Below, one piece after another: positions 28,094 to 37,909 of a DNA stretch of 64,000 nucleotides. The notes under the pieces were generated by a model that did not search any database, was not told the DNA's origin, and saw only the letters and a list, made by a program, of their open reading frames with translations. Position 1 is the first letter of the stretch. Each line of letters starts with the position of its first letter. The stretch is from Verrucomicrobiota bacterium (GTDB lineage: Bacteria > Verrucomicrobiota > Verrucomicrobiia > Palsa-1439): positions 603 to 64,602 of the forward strand of contig JBAXYB010000005.1 of the NCBI GenBank assembly GCA_037127585.1. Reading direction: 5' to 3'. The position numbers and the translations under genes were made by a program.

Positions 28094-29448
28094 AATTCTT
28101 TAACACGCTGACGCGCCAGAAAGAAGAGTTCGTCCCCCTCGTTGCCGGGAAGGTCGGCCTGTACACCTGCGGCCCGACCGTCTACAACTACGCCCACATC
28201 GGCAACCTCCGCGCCTTCATGTTCGAAGACCTGCTCCGCCGGTATCTCGAATACAAAGGGTTCCAAGTCACCCACGTCATGAACATCACCGACGTGGAAG
28301 ACAAAATCATCCGCACCGTCCGCGAAACCGGCAAGACCCTCCAGGAATTCACCAACTTCTTCACCGAAGAATTCCTCCGCGACCTCGACGCGCTCAACAT
28401 CAAACGCGCCCACATCCTCCCGCGCGCCACCGACACCATCCCCGGCATGATCCGCCTCATCGAGACACTCATCGCCAAACAACACGCCTACGTCGGCGAC
28501 GACGGCTCCGTCTATTTCTCCATCAAATCTTTCCCGGACTACGGCAAACTCGGCCACCTCGACATGGAGAACCTCCAACCCGGTGCCCGCGTACAACACG
28601 ACGAATACGCCAAAGAAAACGTCGGCGACTTCGCCCTCTGGAAAGCCTGGTGCGATGCCGACGGCGCCGTCAAATGGGATTCCCCGTGGGGCGCGGGCCG
28701 ACCGGGTTGGCACATTGAATGTAGTGTCATGAGCATGGCTCACCTCGGCGAGAGTTTCGACCTCCACTGCGGTGGCGAAGATCTCATCTTCCCGCACCAC
28801 GAAGACGAAATCGCCCAAAGCGAAGCCGCGACCGGCAAGCCGTTCGTCAAATACTGGATGCACAACGCCCATCTCCTTGTCGAAGGCAAAAAGATGAGCA
28901 AGTCGCTCAAAAACTTCTACACCCTGCGCGATCTCATGGCCGAAGGCTGGACCGGCCGCGAAGTCCGGTACGTCCTCCTTGCCGGTCACTATCGAGAACA
29001 ACTCAATTTCACCAAAGACGGCTTAACCGGCGCCCGCAGTGCTCTGCAACGCATCGACGAATTTCTTCTGAAACTTGGAGGGACGCGCTCCGTCGCGTCC
29101 GCCGGTGACCTCCAATCCCAATTCGAATCCGCCCTCGACGACGACCTCAACATCAGCGGTGCCCTCGGCGCGATTTTCGAATTCATCCGGGAAGCCAACA
29201 AGCGCACCATCTCCCCGGATGAAGCCGCCGGTATCCTCGCCACTTGGCAACGTCTCGACTCCGTCCTCGGTTTCGGCATGCCGGCCAAAGCCGACGTACC
29301 GGCCGATGTTCAGGCGTTGGTCGAAGAACGTCAGGCCGTTCGGAAGTCGAAGAACTTCAAACGCTCCGACGAAATCCGCGACCAACTTAAAGCCCAAGGT
29401 TGGGTGATCGAAGACACCGCCGCTGGACCGCGCGCCAAACGACTCTGA
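28090..29448 (+). CDS. cysS: cysteine--tRNA ligase
   Basis: HIGH motif ([10 protein letters not shown]), GWHIECS zinc site and KMSKS motif (KKMSKSLKN). ATGA overlap with ispF. Confidence 0.93.
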   Translation: MKFFNTLTRQKEEFVPLVAGKVGLYTCGPTVYNYAHIGNLRAFMFEDLLRRYLEYKGFQVTHVMNITDVEDKIIRTVRETGKTLQEFTNFFTEEFLRDLDALNIKRAHILPRATDTIPGMIRLIETLIAKQHAYVGDDGSVYFSIKSFPDYGKLGHLDMENLQPGARVQHDEYAKENVGDFALWKAWCDADGAVKWDSPWGAGRPGWHIECSVMSMAHLGESFDLHCGGEDLIFPHHEDEIAQSEAATGKPFVKYWMHNAHLLVEGKKMSKSLKNFYTLRDLMAEGWTGREVRYVLLAGHYREQLNFTKDGLTGARSALQRIDEFLLKLGGTRSVASAGDLQSQFESALDDDLNISGALGAIFEFIREANKRTISPDEAAGILATWQRLDSVLGFGMPAKADVPADVQALVEERQAVRKSKNFKRSDEIRDQLKAQGWVIEDTAAGPRAKRL

Positions 29449-29491
29449 TAGATCATGGTACGGCGGTCGCGCCGCGACCGACGTCGTTTGA

Positions 29492-30898
29492 TTAAAACAG
29501 CTTCTTCGCCTTCTCGGCGGATTTGTGAGCGGCATCCCAACTCGCACGCAAGGCTTTCGCGGTGGGCGGGTTGAACTTCTTGCCGCTGGTCGGGACGAGC
29601 GTCTTTTTCGAGTCGAGTTTCGGGAGCAACTTGCCGTGGGCGGTAATGAGTTCGTCACACATCTCGACGATTTTATCCAATGGCATCTTCGCGGCGGTCA
29701 TTGGGTCGAACATGCAGGCTTGATAGATGTGGTCGCGCCGGCCTTCCATGGCGGCGCGAATGAATAGCTCGTGCTGCGTGATGTGCGGTTGCATGTAGCC
29801 GATGAGTTGCGCCGGTAACTCGCCGACGTTGGTGAACTGGCAGCCGTTCCGGTCAACGAGCGTCGGCACCTCGGCGATGGCGGTGGCCGGCAAGTTCGAG
29901 ATTGCGCCCTTGTTCGGCATGTTGCCGTAGACGACGCTCGGCTTGCCGGTGACGACGGAGTTGATGATGACGCTGCCGAACTCGTGGCTCTTCTCGACTT
30001 TCATCGGCTTGTTCGTCTTGGCGAACTTCTTCATGGTTTCGAATTCATCCACGATGCCGTCGCAGCGGCGGAGATATTCGTCGATGGGGATATCGTACTG
30101 GGCGATGGTGTCCGGGCCGTGCGGGATGAAGTGGGCGTTGTACTCGGCGTTGTGTTCACTGGATTCGGTGACGAAATAGCCAAGGCGTTTCATCAACTCG
30201 AACCGGACTTTGTTCTTCTTGTAGATCTCCGGGTTCTTCATCGCCTGGAAGAGGCGCGGGTAGAGATTGACGCCGTTCTTCTGGAGCTTGAGGTAAAACG
30301 CCATGTGATTGATGCCGGCGCAGATGAATGCGATTTCCTCGGGTTTCTCGCCGATATAGCCCATGAGTTGGTTTAACGTCCCTTGCACGCTGTGGCAAAG
30401 CCCGACCGTCTTGATGCTCGACGTGCGGGTGATGGTCTGGATGTTTTCCGACATCGGGTTGGAGTAATTGAGCAGCCACGCGTTTGGACAAACCGCTTCC
30501 ATGTCGCGGCACATGCCGGACAGCATCGGGAACGTCCGCAATGCGCGGAACAATCCGCCTGGGCCGGTCGTGTCGGCGATCGTGAAGTTCAAACCGTATT
30601 TGCGGGGAATCTCGAAGTCCACGAGCGTCGAGTTGAACCCGCCGATTTGGACCATGTTGATGACGAAGTCCGCGCCGGCAAGCGCCTCGCGCCGGTTCTG
30701 CGTCGCGATGATCTTGGGTTTCGCGCCGACAGCCTTCGCGACCTTCTTGCACAACGCTGCGCCGACTTGCAGCCGGTCGCGGTCGATATCCATGTAGGCC
30801 AGCGTGGCGTTCTTGAATTCAGGATAGGAAAGAATATCGCCGGTGAGGTTCTTGGAGAAGACCACGCTACCGGCTCCGATCATGGCAATTTTAATCAT
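29492..30898 (-). CDS. glycoside hydrolase family 4 alpha-glucosidase/alpha-galactosidase (NAD and Mn dependent)
   Basis: MIKIAMIGAGSVVFSKNL Rossmann N-terminus and the NYSNP ... GLCHSV motifs of GH4. Start taken at ATG 30898. The upstream part of ORF 31081 runs into the duplicated gene fragment and is rejected. Confidence 0.88.
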   Translation of the reverse strand: MIKIAMIGAGSVVFSKNLTGDILSYPEFKNATLAYMDIDRDRLQVGAALCKKVAKAVGAKPKIIATQNRREALAGADFVINMVQIGGFNSTLVDFEIPRKYGLNFTIADTTGPGGLFRALRTFPMLSGMCRDMEAVCPNAWLLNYSNPMSENIQTITRTSSIKTVGLCHSVQGTLNQLMGYIGEKPEEIAFICAGINHMAFYLKLQKNGVNLYPRLFQAMKNPEIYKKNKVRFELMKRLGYFVTESSEHNAEYNAHFIPHGPDTIAQYDIPIDEYLRRCDGIVDEFETMKKFAKTNKPMKVEKSHEFGSVIINSVVTGKPSVVYGNMPNKGAISNLPATAIAEVPTLVDRNGCQFTNVGELPAQLIGYMQPHITQHELFIRAAMEGRRDHIYQACMFDPMTAAKMPLDKIVEMCDELITAHGKLLPKLDSKKTLVPTSGKKFNPPTAKALRASWDAAHKSAEKAKKLF

Positions 30899-30951
30899 AA
30901 GGCACGGCTTGTACGGCATCTCGGGCCGGGCGGCAAGCCTGAAGGTGCAAG

Positions 30952-31086
30952 TTGCTTTTGGGCGGGTAGTTTTGCATTCTGCCCGCCTCTTGAAAGCGTT
31001 TATTTTAGCGGCCGGGCTGGGGACGCGGTTGCGTTCACTCGGCTTGAACATCCCGAAGGTGATGGTCCCCATCGCCAGCAAACCGT
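30952..31086 (+). repeat. direct repeat copy A: truncated duplicate of the 5-prime end of the nucleotidyltransferase gene
   Basis: 135 bp, with about 7 mismatches by manual alignment against 32140-32274. Encodes LKAFILAAGLGTRLRSLGLNIPKVMVPIASKP and then TGA at 31086-31088. Confidence 0.9.
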
Positions 31087-31119
31087 GATCAGCATTTGCG
31101 TTTCTCGAAGGCGCGGATT

Positions 31120-31317
31120 TTACGGGCGAGGCTTGTAACCGTTTCTCCAGTAAAAAAGACGCTCGCGTTCGGCAACGTAGTCTTGGCCGAGAACGGGTCG
31201 GGTGGCGAGAAACTTGGCGAGCTTGGCTGGCTCAAGATGCTCCAACAAGATGGTCATGGCTTCGTGGACTGCAACTTGTTCGGAAAGGCTCTTGGTTTTC
31301 ACCGCTACTCCTGACAA
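31120..31317 (-). CDS. small hypothetical protein (65 aa), downstream partner of the DUF4258-like ORF
   Basis: ORF 12 nt downstream of the 85-aa ORF on the same strand. No family recognised. Confidence 0.35.
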   Translation of the reverse strand: MSGVAVKTKSLSEQVAVHEAMTILLEHLEPAKLAKFLATRPVLGQDYVAERERLFYWRNGYKPRP

Positions 31318-31329
31318 CAGGCGGGGTTG

Positions 31330-31587
31330 TTATCGGTGACCCGCGTGGGTTTTGGCGTAAGCGGGAGAGTGCGCCTCGATCTTGCGCATGGCATCGCGGT
31401 CGTAGAGCCGCTCGCCGGTGTGATGGCGATCTGGACTGGTGGAGCGGAGCGTTTTGTAAATCGCGATGGCGTTGACGATACACTCGACAACGTCGTTCTC
31501 GGTGAGACGATCCGCTGTCATTTCGGAACGCGCCTTGTCGCTGAACTCGTACCGGCCGTTCAGCACCGGCCGTTTGATTCGCACCAA
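31330..31587 (-). CDS. small protein resembling DUF4258-type toxins (85 aa)
   Basis: GRYEFSDKARSEMTADRLTENDVVECIVNA follows the DUF4258 pattern G.Y.fs.HA..eM..d.it..dVe..i, but with Asp in place of the usual His. Confidence 0.45.
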   Translation of the reverse strand: MVRIKRPVLNGRYEFSDKARSEMTADRLTENDVVECIVNAIAIYKTLRSTSPDRHHTGERLYDRDAMRKIEAHSPAYAKTHAGHR

Positions 31588-31732
31588 GATGTCCGCTTGC
31601 CTTCACGCCCGTATATACCATCGCCGGTATCGCCTCGCAACGCCTTTGCCAGCAACAACGGACGCGACGGAGCGCGTCCCTCCACACTCAGCCGTTGACT
31701 TCTCCATCCGAGTCTGGCCGAATGCCGACGCT

Positions 31733-32101
31733 ATGAATCACAGTATGAGAATTGCCCGTTTCATCTACTTCACGAACGACGTGGCTCGGATGGTCGCTTT
31801 CTACCGAGACATCCTTGGTCTGGCAATTCTCAATCCACCACGGGCCATGGATTACGACAAGTCTGATTGGGTGCAGCTCGCCAGCGATGGCATTGAGATT
31901 GGTATCCATCGCGCAGCGAAAGCGGGCAACACAGGCCTCAATCGAAACAAGCTCGTCTTCGTTGTCGATAATGTGGCAAACGCGCGGGAGCAGCTTGGCA
32001 ACCGGGGTGTTCGGATGGGCAAGCACCACGTCGCATCCGAGTTTGAGTGCTGCGACTTCAAAGACCCGGATGGGAATGTGCTTCAACTATCGAGCCGGTG
32101 A
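31733..32101 (+). CDS. VOC/glyoxalase-bleomycin resistance family protein (about 122 aa)
   Basis: IYFTNDVARMVAFYRDILGL ... CDFKDPDGNVLQL is the typical paired beta-alpha-beta-beta-beta module signature. An alternative ATG lies at 31745. Confidence 0.75.
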   Translation: MNHSMRIARFIYFTNDVARMVAFYRDILGLAILNPPRAMDYDKSDWVQLASDGIEIGIHRAAKAGNTGLNRNKLVFVVDNVANAREQLGNRGVRMGKHHVASEFECCDFKDPDGNVLQLSSR

Positions 32102-32139
32102 CCCTTAACCATCCGGTCCGAATCACGCCACGCTTGGGA

Positions 32140-32274
32140 TTGCTTTTGGGCGGGTTGTTTTGCATTCTGCCCGCCTCTTGAAAGCGTTTATTTTAGCGGC
32201 CGGGCTGGGGACGCGCTTACGGTCACTCGGCTTAAACATCCCGAAGGTGATGGTCCCCATCGCCGGCAAGCCGT
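32140..32274 (+). repeat. direct repeat copy B (5-prime end of the intact nucleotidyltransferase gene)
   Basis: Counterpart of 30952-31086, with the two copies 1188 bp apart. Confidence 0.9.
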
Positions 32275-32897
32275 TGTTGCAACATCACTTTGAGTTCTTC
32301 CGGCAACAGGGGATTACCGAGTACGTTCTGAACCTCCACCACATGCCAGAGAAGATCACGGAATTCTTCGGCGACGGCCGGCAGTTCGGGGTCAAGGTCG
32401 CGTACTCGCTCGAAATCGAAATTCTCGGCACCGCGGGCGGGGTGAAGAAGATGGAAGCCGAGTTGCGTGACGGCACGTTCCTAGTCCTCTATGGCGACAA
32501 CTTGATCCGCATCGAACTCGCGCCGCTGCTCGAGTTCCACCGGCAACGGCGGGCCATCGCAACGGTCGCCTTGTTCGAGTCGCCGGAGCCGTGGACGGGC
32601 GGGGTGGTGGAGACTGACGCGACAGGCAAGGTGACGGCGTTTCGCGAGAAGCCCGACCGGAAAACGATTTCGACAAACCTGATCAACGCTGGTATTTATC
32701 TGCTCGAACCGGCGGTGCTCGATTACATTCCGGCGGGGCAGTTTTGCGATTTCGGCAAGGACGTGTTCCCAAAATTGCTGGCGGCCGGGCAGCCGGTGTA
32801 CGCTACGAAGCCGTTGGCGTATATTCAAGACGTGGGCACGCCGGAGCGGTTGGCAAAAGCGCAGCAAGACTTTAAAAACGGTTTGGTTTTGAAATGA
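32160..32897 (+). CDS. hddC: sugar-1-phosphate nucleotidyltransferase (HddC / mannose-1-P guanylyltransferase-like)
   Basis: LKAFILAAGLGTRLR..IPKVMVPIAGKPLL and the GTAGG / YGDNL motifs of the NTP_transferase fold. TTG start at 32160 or 32178. The gene symbol is inferred from operon context only. Confidence 0.75.
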   Translation: MHSARLLKAFILAAGLGTRLRSLGLNIPKVMVPIAGKPLLQHHFEFFRQQGITEYVLNLHHMPEKITEFFGDGRQFGVKVAYSLEIEILGTAGGVKKMEAELRDGTFLVLYGDNLIRIELAPLLEFHRQRRAIATVALFESPEPWTGGVVETDATGKVTAFREKPDRKTISTNLINAGIYLLEPAVLDYIPAGQFCDFGKDVFPKLLAAGQPVYATKPLAYIQDVGTPERLAKAQQDFKNGLVLK

Positions 32898-33877
32898 TTA
32901 TCACTCAGACACCTTTGCGAATCTCGTTTGCCGGTGGCGGCACGGACTTGCCGGATTTCTACGAGCCGCACGGTGGCGCGGTCTGCAGTTCGGCCATCGA
33001 CAAGTTCGTCTACTGCATCGTCAAGGAACGCTTCGACGACAAGATTTACGTGAACTGGTCGAAGAAAGAGATCGTGGACTTGGTGGACCAGATCGAACAC
33101 GACCTCGTCCGCGAAGCGATGCGCAAAGTCGGCATCACAAAAGGCATCGAGATTTCGTTTCTCTCCGACATCCCCTCGGAAGGCTCCGGCCTCGGGTCAT
33201 CGAGCACCGTGACGGTCGGCGTCCTGCACGCGCTGTACGCATTCATCGGTGAAACCCCGACCGCAGAGCGGCTCGCCCGGGAAGCCTGCGACATTGAGAT
33301 CCGGCAACTCGGCAAACCGATTGGCGTTCAAGACCAGTACATCGCCGCGCTCGGCGGCTTGCGATACTTTCAATTCGGTCCCGGCAAGGACATCAAAGCC
33401 AATCCAGTGCCGCTAGCTCGTGGTACGCTCGAAGATCTCGACAACATCCTGATGCTTTTCTTCACCGGCAAGACGCGCAAAGCCGACGGCATTTTATCCA
33501 AGCAAAAAGCCAACGTCATCTCCAAGGCCGACACGTTGAAACTGATGGCTCTGCAAGCCAACGAAGTCCGGCAACTCCTCGAAGCCGGTGACGTGGCTGC
33601 GCTTGGCCCGTTGCTGCATCGCGGATGGGAAGCCAAACGGAAGATGACCGATGGCGCGACCAGCACGAGCGATCTCGACGAGATGTATGATCGTGCCGTA
33701 AAAGCCGGTTGCCTTGGCGGAAAGATTGCCGGCGCGGGCGGCGGCGGATTCTTCCTGTTGGTCGTCCCGAGTGACAAGCGTCAAGCCGTCCGCCACGCTC
33801 TTGCGAATCTAAAAGAAATGCCCTTCCGCCTCGAACGCGGTGGCAGCCGGGTCGCTCTAAACATGCAGAGGTATTGA
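32894..33877 (+). CDS. hddA: GHMP-family sugar kinase (D-glycero-alpha-D-manno-heptose-7-phosphate kinase type)
   Basis: N-terminus MIITQTPLRISFAGGGTDLPDFY, GHMP ATP motif PSEGSGLGSSS and C-terminal GAGGGGF. ATGA overlap with the previous gene. Confidence 0.75.
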   Translation: MIITQTPLRISFAGGGTDLPDFYEPHGGAVCSSAIDKFVYCIVKERFDDKIYVNWSKKEIVDLVDQIEHDLVREAMRKVGITKGIEISFLSDIPSEGSGLGSSSTVTVGVLHALYAFIGETPTAERLAREACDIEIRQLGKPIGVQDQYIAALGGLRYFQFGPGKDIKANPVPLARGTLEDLDNILMLFFTGKTRKADGILSKQKANVISKADTLKLMALQANEVRQLLEAGDVAALGPLLHRGWEAKRKMTDGATSTSDLDEMYDRAVKAGCLGGKIAGAGGGGFFLLVVPSDKRQAVRHALANLKEMPFRLERGGSRVALNMQRY

Positions 33878-34465
33878 ATGCAAAAACCTAGTGAATTCGC
33901 CAAGACGTACCTGACCAATTTAAAAGCCATCCTCGACCGGCTCCCACTGGAGCCGTTCGACAAGCTGACGGCGCTCATCGACGAAGCCCACGCCGCCGGT
34001 AAGCAGATCTTCGTCATTGGCAACGGCGGCAGCGCGGCGACCGCGTCGCATATGATGAACGACCTCAACAAAGGCACGCTCGGCCATAAAGGCGATGCGC
34101 CAGCGAAACGATTCAAGGTCATCGCCCTCACTGACAATGTCTCGCTCATGACTGCGTGGGCCAACGATACCGACTACAACACTGTCTTCAGCGAGCCACT
34201 GAAGAATCTCGCAAACCGCGGTGACTTGCTTATCGCCATCTCCGCCTCCGGCAATTCCCCGAACATCATTGCCGCTGTCGAAGCGGCTAAAATAATCGGC
34301 GTCAAAGTTATCGGCTTCGGTGGTTTCACCGGGGGCAAACTCGCGCAACTTGCCGACGTCTGCCTCGTTGTTCCGTCGAACGAATACGGCCCCGTCGAAG
34401 ACGTCCACATGATTCTCGACCACATCCTGACCGGCTACTTCTACGAGAAGCTCAAAGCAAAATGA
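33878..34465 (+). CDS. gmhA: SIS-domain sedoheptulose-7-phosphate isomerase
   Basis: IFVIGNGGSAATASHMMNDL and LIAISASGNSPNI motifs. Starts immediately after the previous stop. Confidence 0.85.
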   Translation: MQKPSEFAKTYLTNLKAILDRLPLEPFDKLTALIDEAHAAGKQIFVIGNGGSAATASHMMNDLNKGTLGHKGDAPAKRFKVIALTDNVSLMTAWANDTDYNTVFSEPLKNLANRGDLLIAISASGNSPNIIAAVEAAKIIGVKVIGFGGFTGGKLAQLADVCLVVPSNEYGPVEDVHMILDHILTGYFYEKLKAK

Positions 34466-35556
34466 GTAAAGGTCTCGTTCTCATTACCGGCGGCGCTGGT
34501 TTCATCGGTTCGCACACCGCGACCGAACTGTTGCGCGCCGGTTACCGGGTGCGGCTGCTCGACAATCTCACGCCGCCCATCCATACCGGCGACTGGCCGG
34601 ACTGGGTACCGGCCGAGGCCGAACAAATCATCGGCGACGTTCGCAACCGGGATGACTGGTCGCGGGCGTTGACCGGCGTCGATGCAGTCATTCATCTCGC
34701 GGCACACCAGGATTTGCTGCCGAACTTTTCCCAGTTCTTCCACGTTAACAGCGTCGGCACCGCGTTGCTCTACGAGTTGATTGTCGAGAAGAAGTTGCCG
34801 GTGAAGAAGGTGGTCGTCGCCAGTAGCCAATTCGTCTACGGCGAAGGCCGGTATCAATGCGCCAAGGACGGCGAAGTTTATCCGGTTGGCCGCGAGCCAG
34901 CGAAAGGCCAGTGGGAGCCGGTCTGCCCGAAGTGCGGGGGCGTAATTACATCGTTGCCGCTGTTAGAGACGCATGCCGGGCCGCGCAACCAATACTCCAT
35001 CGCCAAGTACTCGCAGGAGTTGATGGCCGTCTCGCTTGGCAAGAACTACGGCATCCCCAGCGTGGCGCTCCGGTACTCCATTGTCCAAGGGCCGTATCAA
35101 TCGTTCCGCAACGCTTACTCCGGTGTCCTTCGCGTGTTCACGCTGCAGATGTTGAAGGGCGAACCGGCCAGCGTTTTCGAGGATGGCCGGCAACTGCGCG
35201 ATTATGTGAACGTCGCCGACGTGGCGCGGGCGAACCGGCTCGTGTTGGAAGACGAGCGGGCCAACTACGAAGTTTTCAACGTCGGCGGCGGCCAGGGTTA
35301 CACCGTCCTGGAATTTGCCGGTATCGTTTCCGCAACTCCGCCCAATGTGACGGGTGAATACCGGGTTGGTGACACGCGCCACTCGGTGTCCGACATCACG
35401 AAACTGCAGCGCCTCGGTTGGCAGCCGACGAAGACGCCACACGACAGCGTGCGGGATTACGTCGAATGGATTCGCCGGCAAAAGCTCGACAAGGATTACG
35501 CGGCGGAAGCGTTGGCGAAGATGCGTGAGATGGGCTCGTTGCGGAAAGCGACATGA
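34462..35556 (+). CDS. NAD-dependent sugar epimerase/dehydratase (extended SDR) with a Cys-containing insert
   Basis: GGAGFIGSH Rossmann motif and a YSIAK catalytic Yxx.K. The insert RYQCAKDG...WEPVCPKCGG is not typical of GalE-like enzymes. Confidence 0.85.
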   Translation: MSKGLVLITGGAGFIGSHTATELLRAGYRVRLLDNLTPPIHTGDWPDWVPAEAEQIIGDVRNRDDWSRALTGVDAVIHLAAHQDLLPNFSQFFHVNSVGTALLYELIVEKKLPVKKVVVASSQFVYGEGRYQCAKDGEVYPVGREPAKGQWEPVCPKCGGVITSLPLLETHAGPRNQYSIAKYSQELMAVSLGKNYGIPSVALRYSIVQGPYQSFRNAYSGVLRVFTLQMLKGEPASVFEDGRQLRDYVNVADVARANRLVLEDERANYEVFNVGGGQGYTVLEFAGIVSATPPNVTGEYRVGDTRHSVSDITKLQRLGWQPTKTPHDSVRDYVEWIRRQKLDKDYAAEALAKMREMGSLRKAT

Positions 35557-36281
35557 GCGATCCGTATCTGTCGGTGGTCATACCGGCGTACAACGAAGAA
35601 GAACGCCTCAAGAAGCACGTGCCCGGCATCGTGACGTACCTCCAGTCAAAATCTTGGACGCACGAAATCATCGTGGTCAATGATGGCAGCAAGGATGGCA
35701 CGGCGAAAGCCGCGAAAACTCTGGGCGTTCAACTCATTGATTTGCAGCCGAACCGCGGTAAAGGCGGCGCCGTGAAAGCCGGTATGCTCGCGGCGCGCGG
35801 CCGGTATGTTTTGTTTGCGGACGCTGACCAGAGCACGCCCCTCAGTGAAGTGGAAAAGCTACTGGCGAAGTTGGAAGCCGGTTACGACATGGCCATCGGG
35901 TCGCGGGCGGTGGCTGGCGCCGAGGTTGAACAAGCGCAAGTCTGGTATCGCGCACTGGCCGGTAAGTTATTTGGCTTGGGGACGCGGGTGTTTTGCATTC
36001 GGGGGATCGCCGACACACAGTGTGGTTTCAAGTGCATGACCCGGGCTGTCGCGCAGAAAGTGTTTTCACAGGTTACGTCCAATACTGCAATCTTCGACAT
36101 CGAGATGCTCGTCGTGGCGACGCGGGAAGGGTACCGAATCGCGGAGGTGCCGGTGCATTGGGTGCACGATCCAGACACGCGGATTCCGTACAATCTACGA
36201 CGCGCGTTGGGGATTTGGGGCGAACTATTTCGGATCAATAAGGCCCAGCGTGTGACGTGGTCACTGAAGGCGCGCACATGA
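35553..36281 (+). CDS. GT2 glycosyltransferase, polyprenyl/dolichyl-phosphate beta-glucosyltransferase (ALG5)-like
   Basis: LSVVIPAYNEEERL, VVNDGSKDGT, ADADQSTP and QCGFKC motifs. No TM segment. Confidence 0.85.
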   Translation: MSDPYLSVVIPAYNEEERLKKHVPGIVTYLQSKSWTHEIIVVNDGSKDGTAKAAKTLGVQLIDLQPNRGKGGAVKAGMLAARGRYVLFADADQSTPLSEVEKLLAKLEAGYDMAIGSRAVAGAEVEQAQVWYRALAGKLFGLGTRVFCIRGIADTQCGFKCMTRAVAQKVFSQVTSNTAIFDIEMLVVATREGYRIAEVPVHWVHDPDTRIPYNLRRALGIWGELFRINKAQRVTWSLKART

Positions 36282-37909
36282 GCAACCGCTGGCAATGGAT
36301 TGGTCTAGCGGTGATCATTGCGGTCGGCGCATGGTTGCGGTTTTCTCACTTTGATCTCCTTGAATTTCAGGGGGACGAAGCGTACGCAGCGCATTTGGCA
36401 CTAGACGCGCTCAAGACCGGCAAGCTGCCGCTGGCTGGTTTGATGTCCAGCGTGGGCGTGACGAACCCGCCACTGTTTGCGTACCTGTTGATCCCGATGT
36501 TCGCGATCAATCCGAACCCGGCGTTTGTGTCGGCTTGCATTGCGCTGCTCGGTTTGGCGGCGGTCGTGATCACCTGGCATATCGGGCGGAAATACTACGG
36601 GCCAATGGCCGGGTTGGTGGCCGGACTCTTTTTTGCGGTGTCGCCGTGGGCGGTGATCTATTCGCGGAAGATTTGGGCGCAAGATTTTGTGCCGTTTTTC
36701 GCGACCTGCACGCTGTGGGCTGTGCATGCGCTCGTGGTCGGCAAGAAACCGAAGACCGTGTTTTGGTGTGTGTTATTGCCTTTGTGCGTCGTGCAGATTC
36801 ACTTTTCCGGTATCGCGTTGACGGCGGCGGTGGTGGCGATCATCGCGTGGTTGCGGCCGAAGATCGACTGGCGGTGGGCGGCGGGTGGTGTGGTGGCGTC
36901 GTTGGTGTTGATGGCGCCCTACTTTTACTTGCAGCAACAGACCGGCTGGGGGGATTTCAAGCAGGCGATGAACACGGTCGGCGGCGGGCAGCAGTGGGAG
37001 AAACTGAATGGCGTGACGACGCACCCGGTCAGCGGATACCGGTTGCCGAGTAAGCAGAACATTTCGTATGCGCTGGCGATCATGAACGGTGGGCGCATGG
37101 AAGACGTGCTGGGTATTGCCGGCGGGAAGGAATTCGACGCGCGCAATATTTGGGGCGCAAAACATTCTTATTTTGAGGCTGGGATTTGGGACGCGGCGTT
37201 GTTGCTACAACGACTGGCGTTTGTGGCGGCGTTGATCTGGGTTGGCTTTGAGGTGGCGAAGTTGCGCATGAAAAGCGCGCCGACGATCTTGGTGGCGTGG
37301 CTTGTGTTGCCGGTGGCTGTCTTCTTCGTCGGTGGATTATGGACGTATCTGACGTACTTCGCGATTTTGTATCCGGGCCACTTCCTCGTTTGCGGGGAAG
37401 CCGGTCGCAAACTAAAACCGATGGTTGCTGGCGCGATTGCGGTGGTGTTTGCGGTCGCGAATATTGCGTTTATGCAGGAGTATTACCGGTTTGTTGACTC
37501 AACCGGCGGCGCGCAGGGAACGTTTGGGACCGCGCTCGGACATAAGCAGGCGGCGGCCCGGTATCTGGCGGAGCAGGGCGGGGAGCGGCTACAGCACGAG
37601 AGCGCAATTCAATTGGAGTTGTCAACAGCGCGGACTCAAGCAGCACGCGAGGAACTGGGACGAAAACTTGGGCAGCCGCAGTTGCTGGAGTTGAACCATG
37701 AAGGGCGACCGGAGTTGGTGCAGTTGGAGTGGCCGTTGTTGATTACTCAAGCTAGCGCTGGTCGCGGCGCGCCCACGCTGGGAACGAACACGACGGTGAT
37801 TATGGTCGACGGGAATCGGGAGGCCTTGCAGCCGGCGCAATGGCAACAGTTGGCGCAGTATCCGAGTACGAATTTTGGGCCGATTAAACTTTTCTTCGTG
37901 AGCCGATGA
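36278..37909 (+). CDS. polytopic GT-C fold glycosyltransferase (ArnT/PMT_2-like)
   Basis: About 12 TMs, acidic first-loop motif EFQGDEAY, and a soluble C-terminal domain. ATG 36278 overlaps the previous stop (ATGA). Confidence 0.75.
   Translation: MSNRWQWIGLAVIIAVGAWLRFSHFDLLEFQGDEAYAAHLALDALKTGKLPLAGLMSSVGVTNPPLFAYLLIPMFAINPNPAFVSACIALLGLAAVVITWHIGRKYYGPMAGLVAGLFFAVSPWAVIYSRKIWAQDFVPFFATCTLWAVHALVVGKKPKTVFWCVLLPLCVVQIHFSGIALTAAVVAIIAWLRPKIDWRWAAGGVVASLVLMAPYFYLQQQTGWGDFKQAMNTVGGGQQWEKLNGVTTHPVSGYRLPSKQNISYALAIMNGGRMEDVLGIAGGKEFDARNIWGAKHSYFEAGIWDAALLLQRLAFVAALIWVGFEVAKLRMKSAPTILVAWLVLPVAVFFVGGLWTYLTYFAILYPGHFLVCGEAGRKLKPMVAGAIAVVFAVANIAFMQEYYRFVDSTGGAQGTFGTALGHKQAAARYLAEQGGERLQHESAIQLELSTARTQAAREELGRKLGQPQLLELNHEGRPELVQLEWPLLITQASAGRGAPTLGTNTTVIMVDGNREALQPAQWQQLAQYPSTNFGPIKLFFVSR

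Noticed and set aside
27802-29001. 399-aa minus-strand ORF
   Set aside because: It is antisense to ispF and cysS, both of which have diagnostic motifs on the plus strand.
29461-29491. Short GC hairpin (CGGTCGC/GCGACCG) between cysS and the GH4 gene as a terminator
   Set aside because: The stem is only 7 bp with a 3-nt loop and a weak T-tract, which is too marginal to annotate.
30843-31088. 81-aa ORF that looks like a small gene
   Set aside because: Its C-terminal half is the truncated duplicate of the nucleotidyltransferase N-terminus, and its N-terminal half overlaps the GH4 start region. It is treated as a repeat-derived gene fragment, not a functional CDS.
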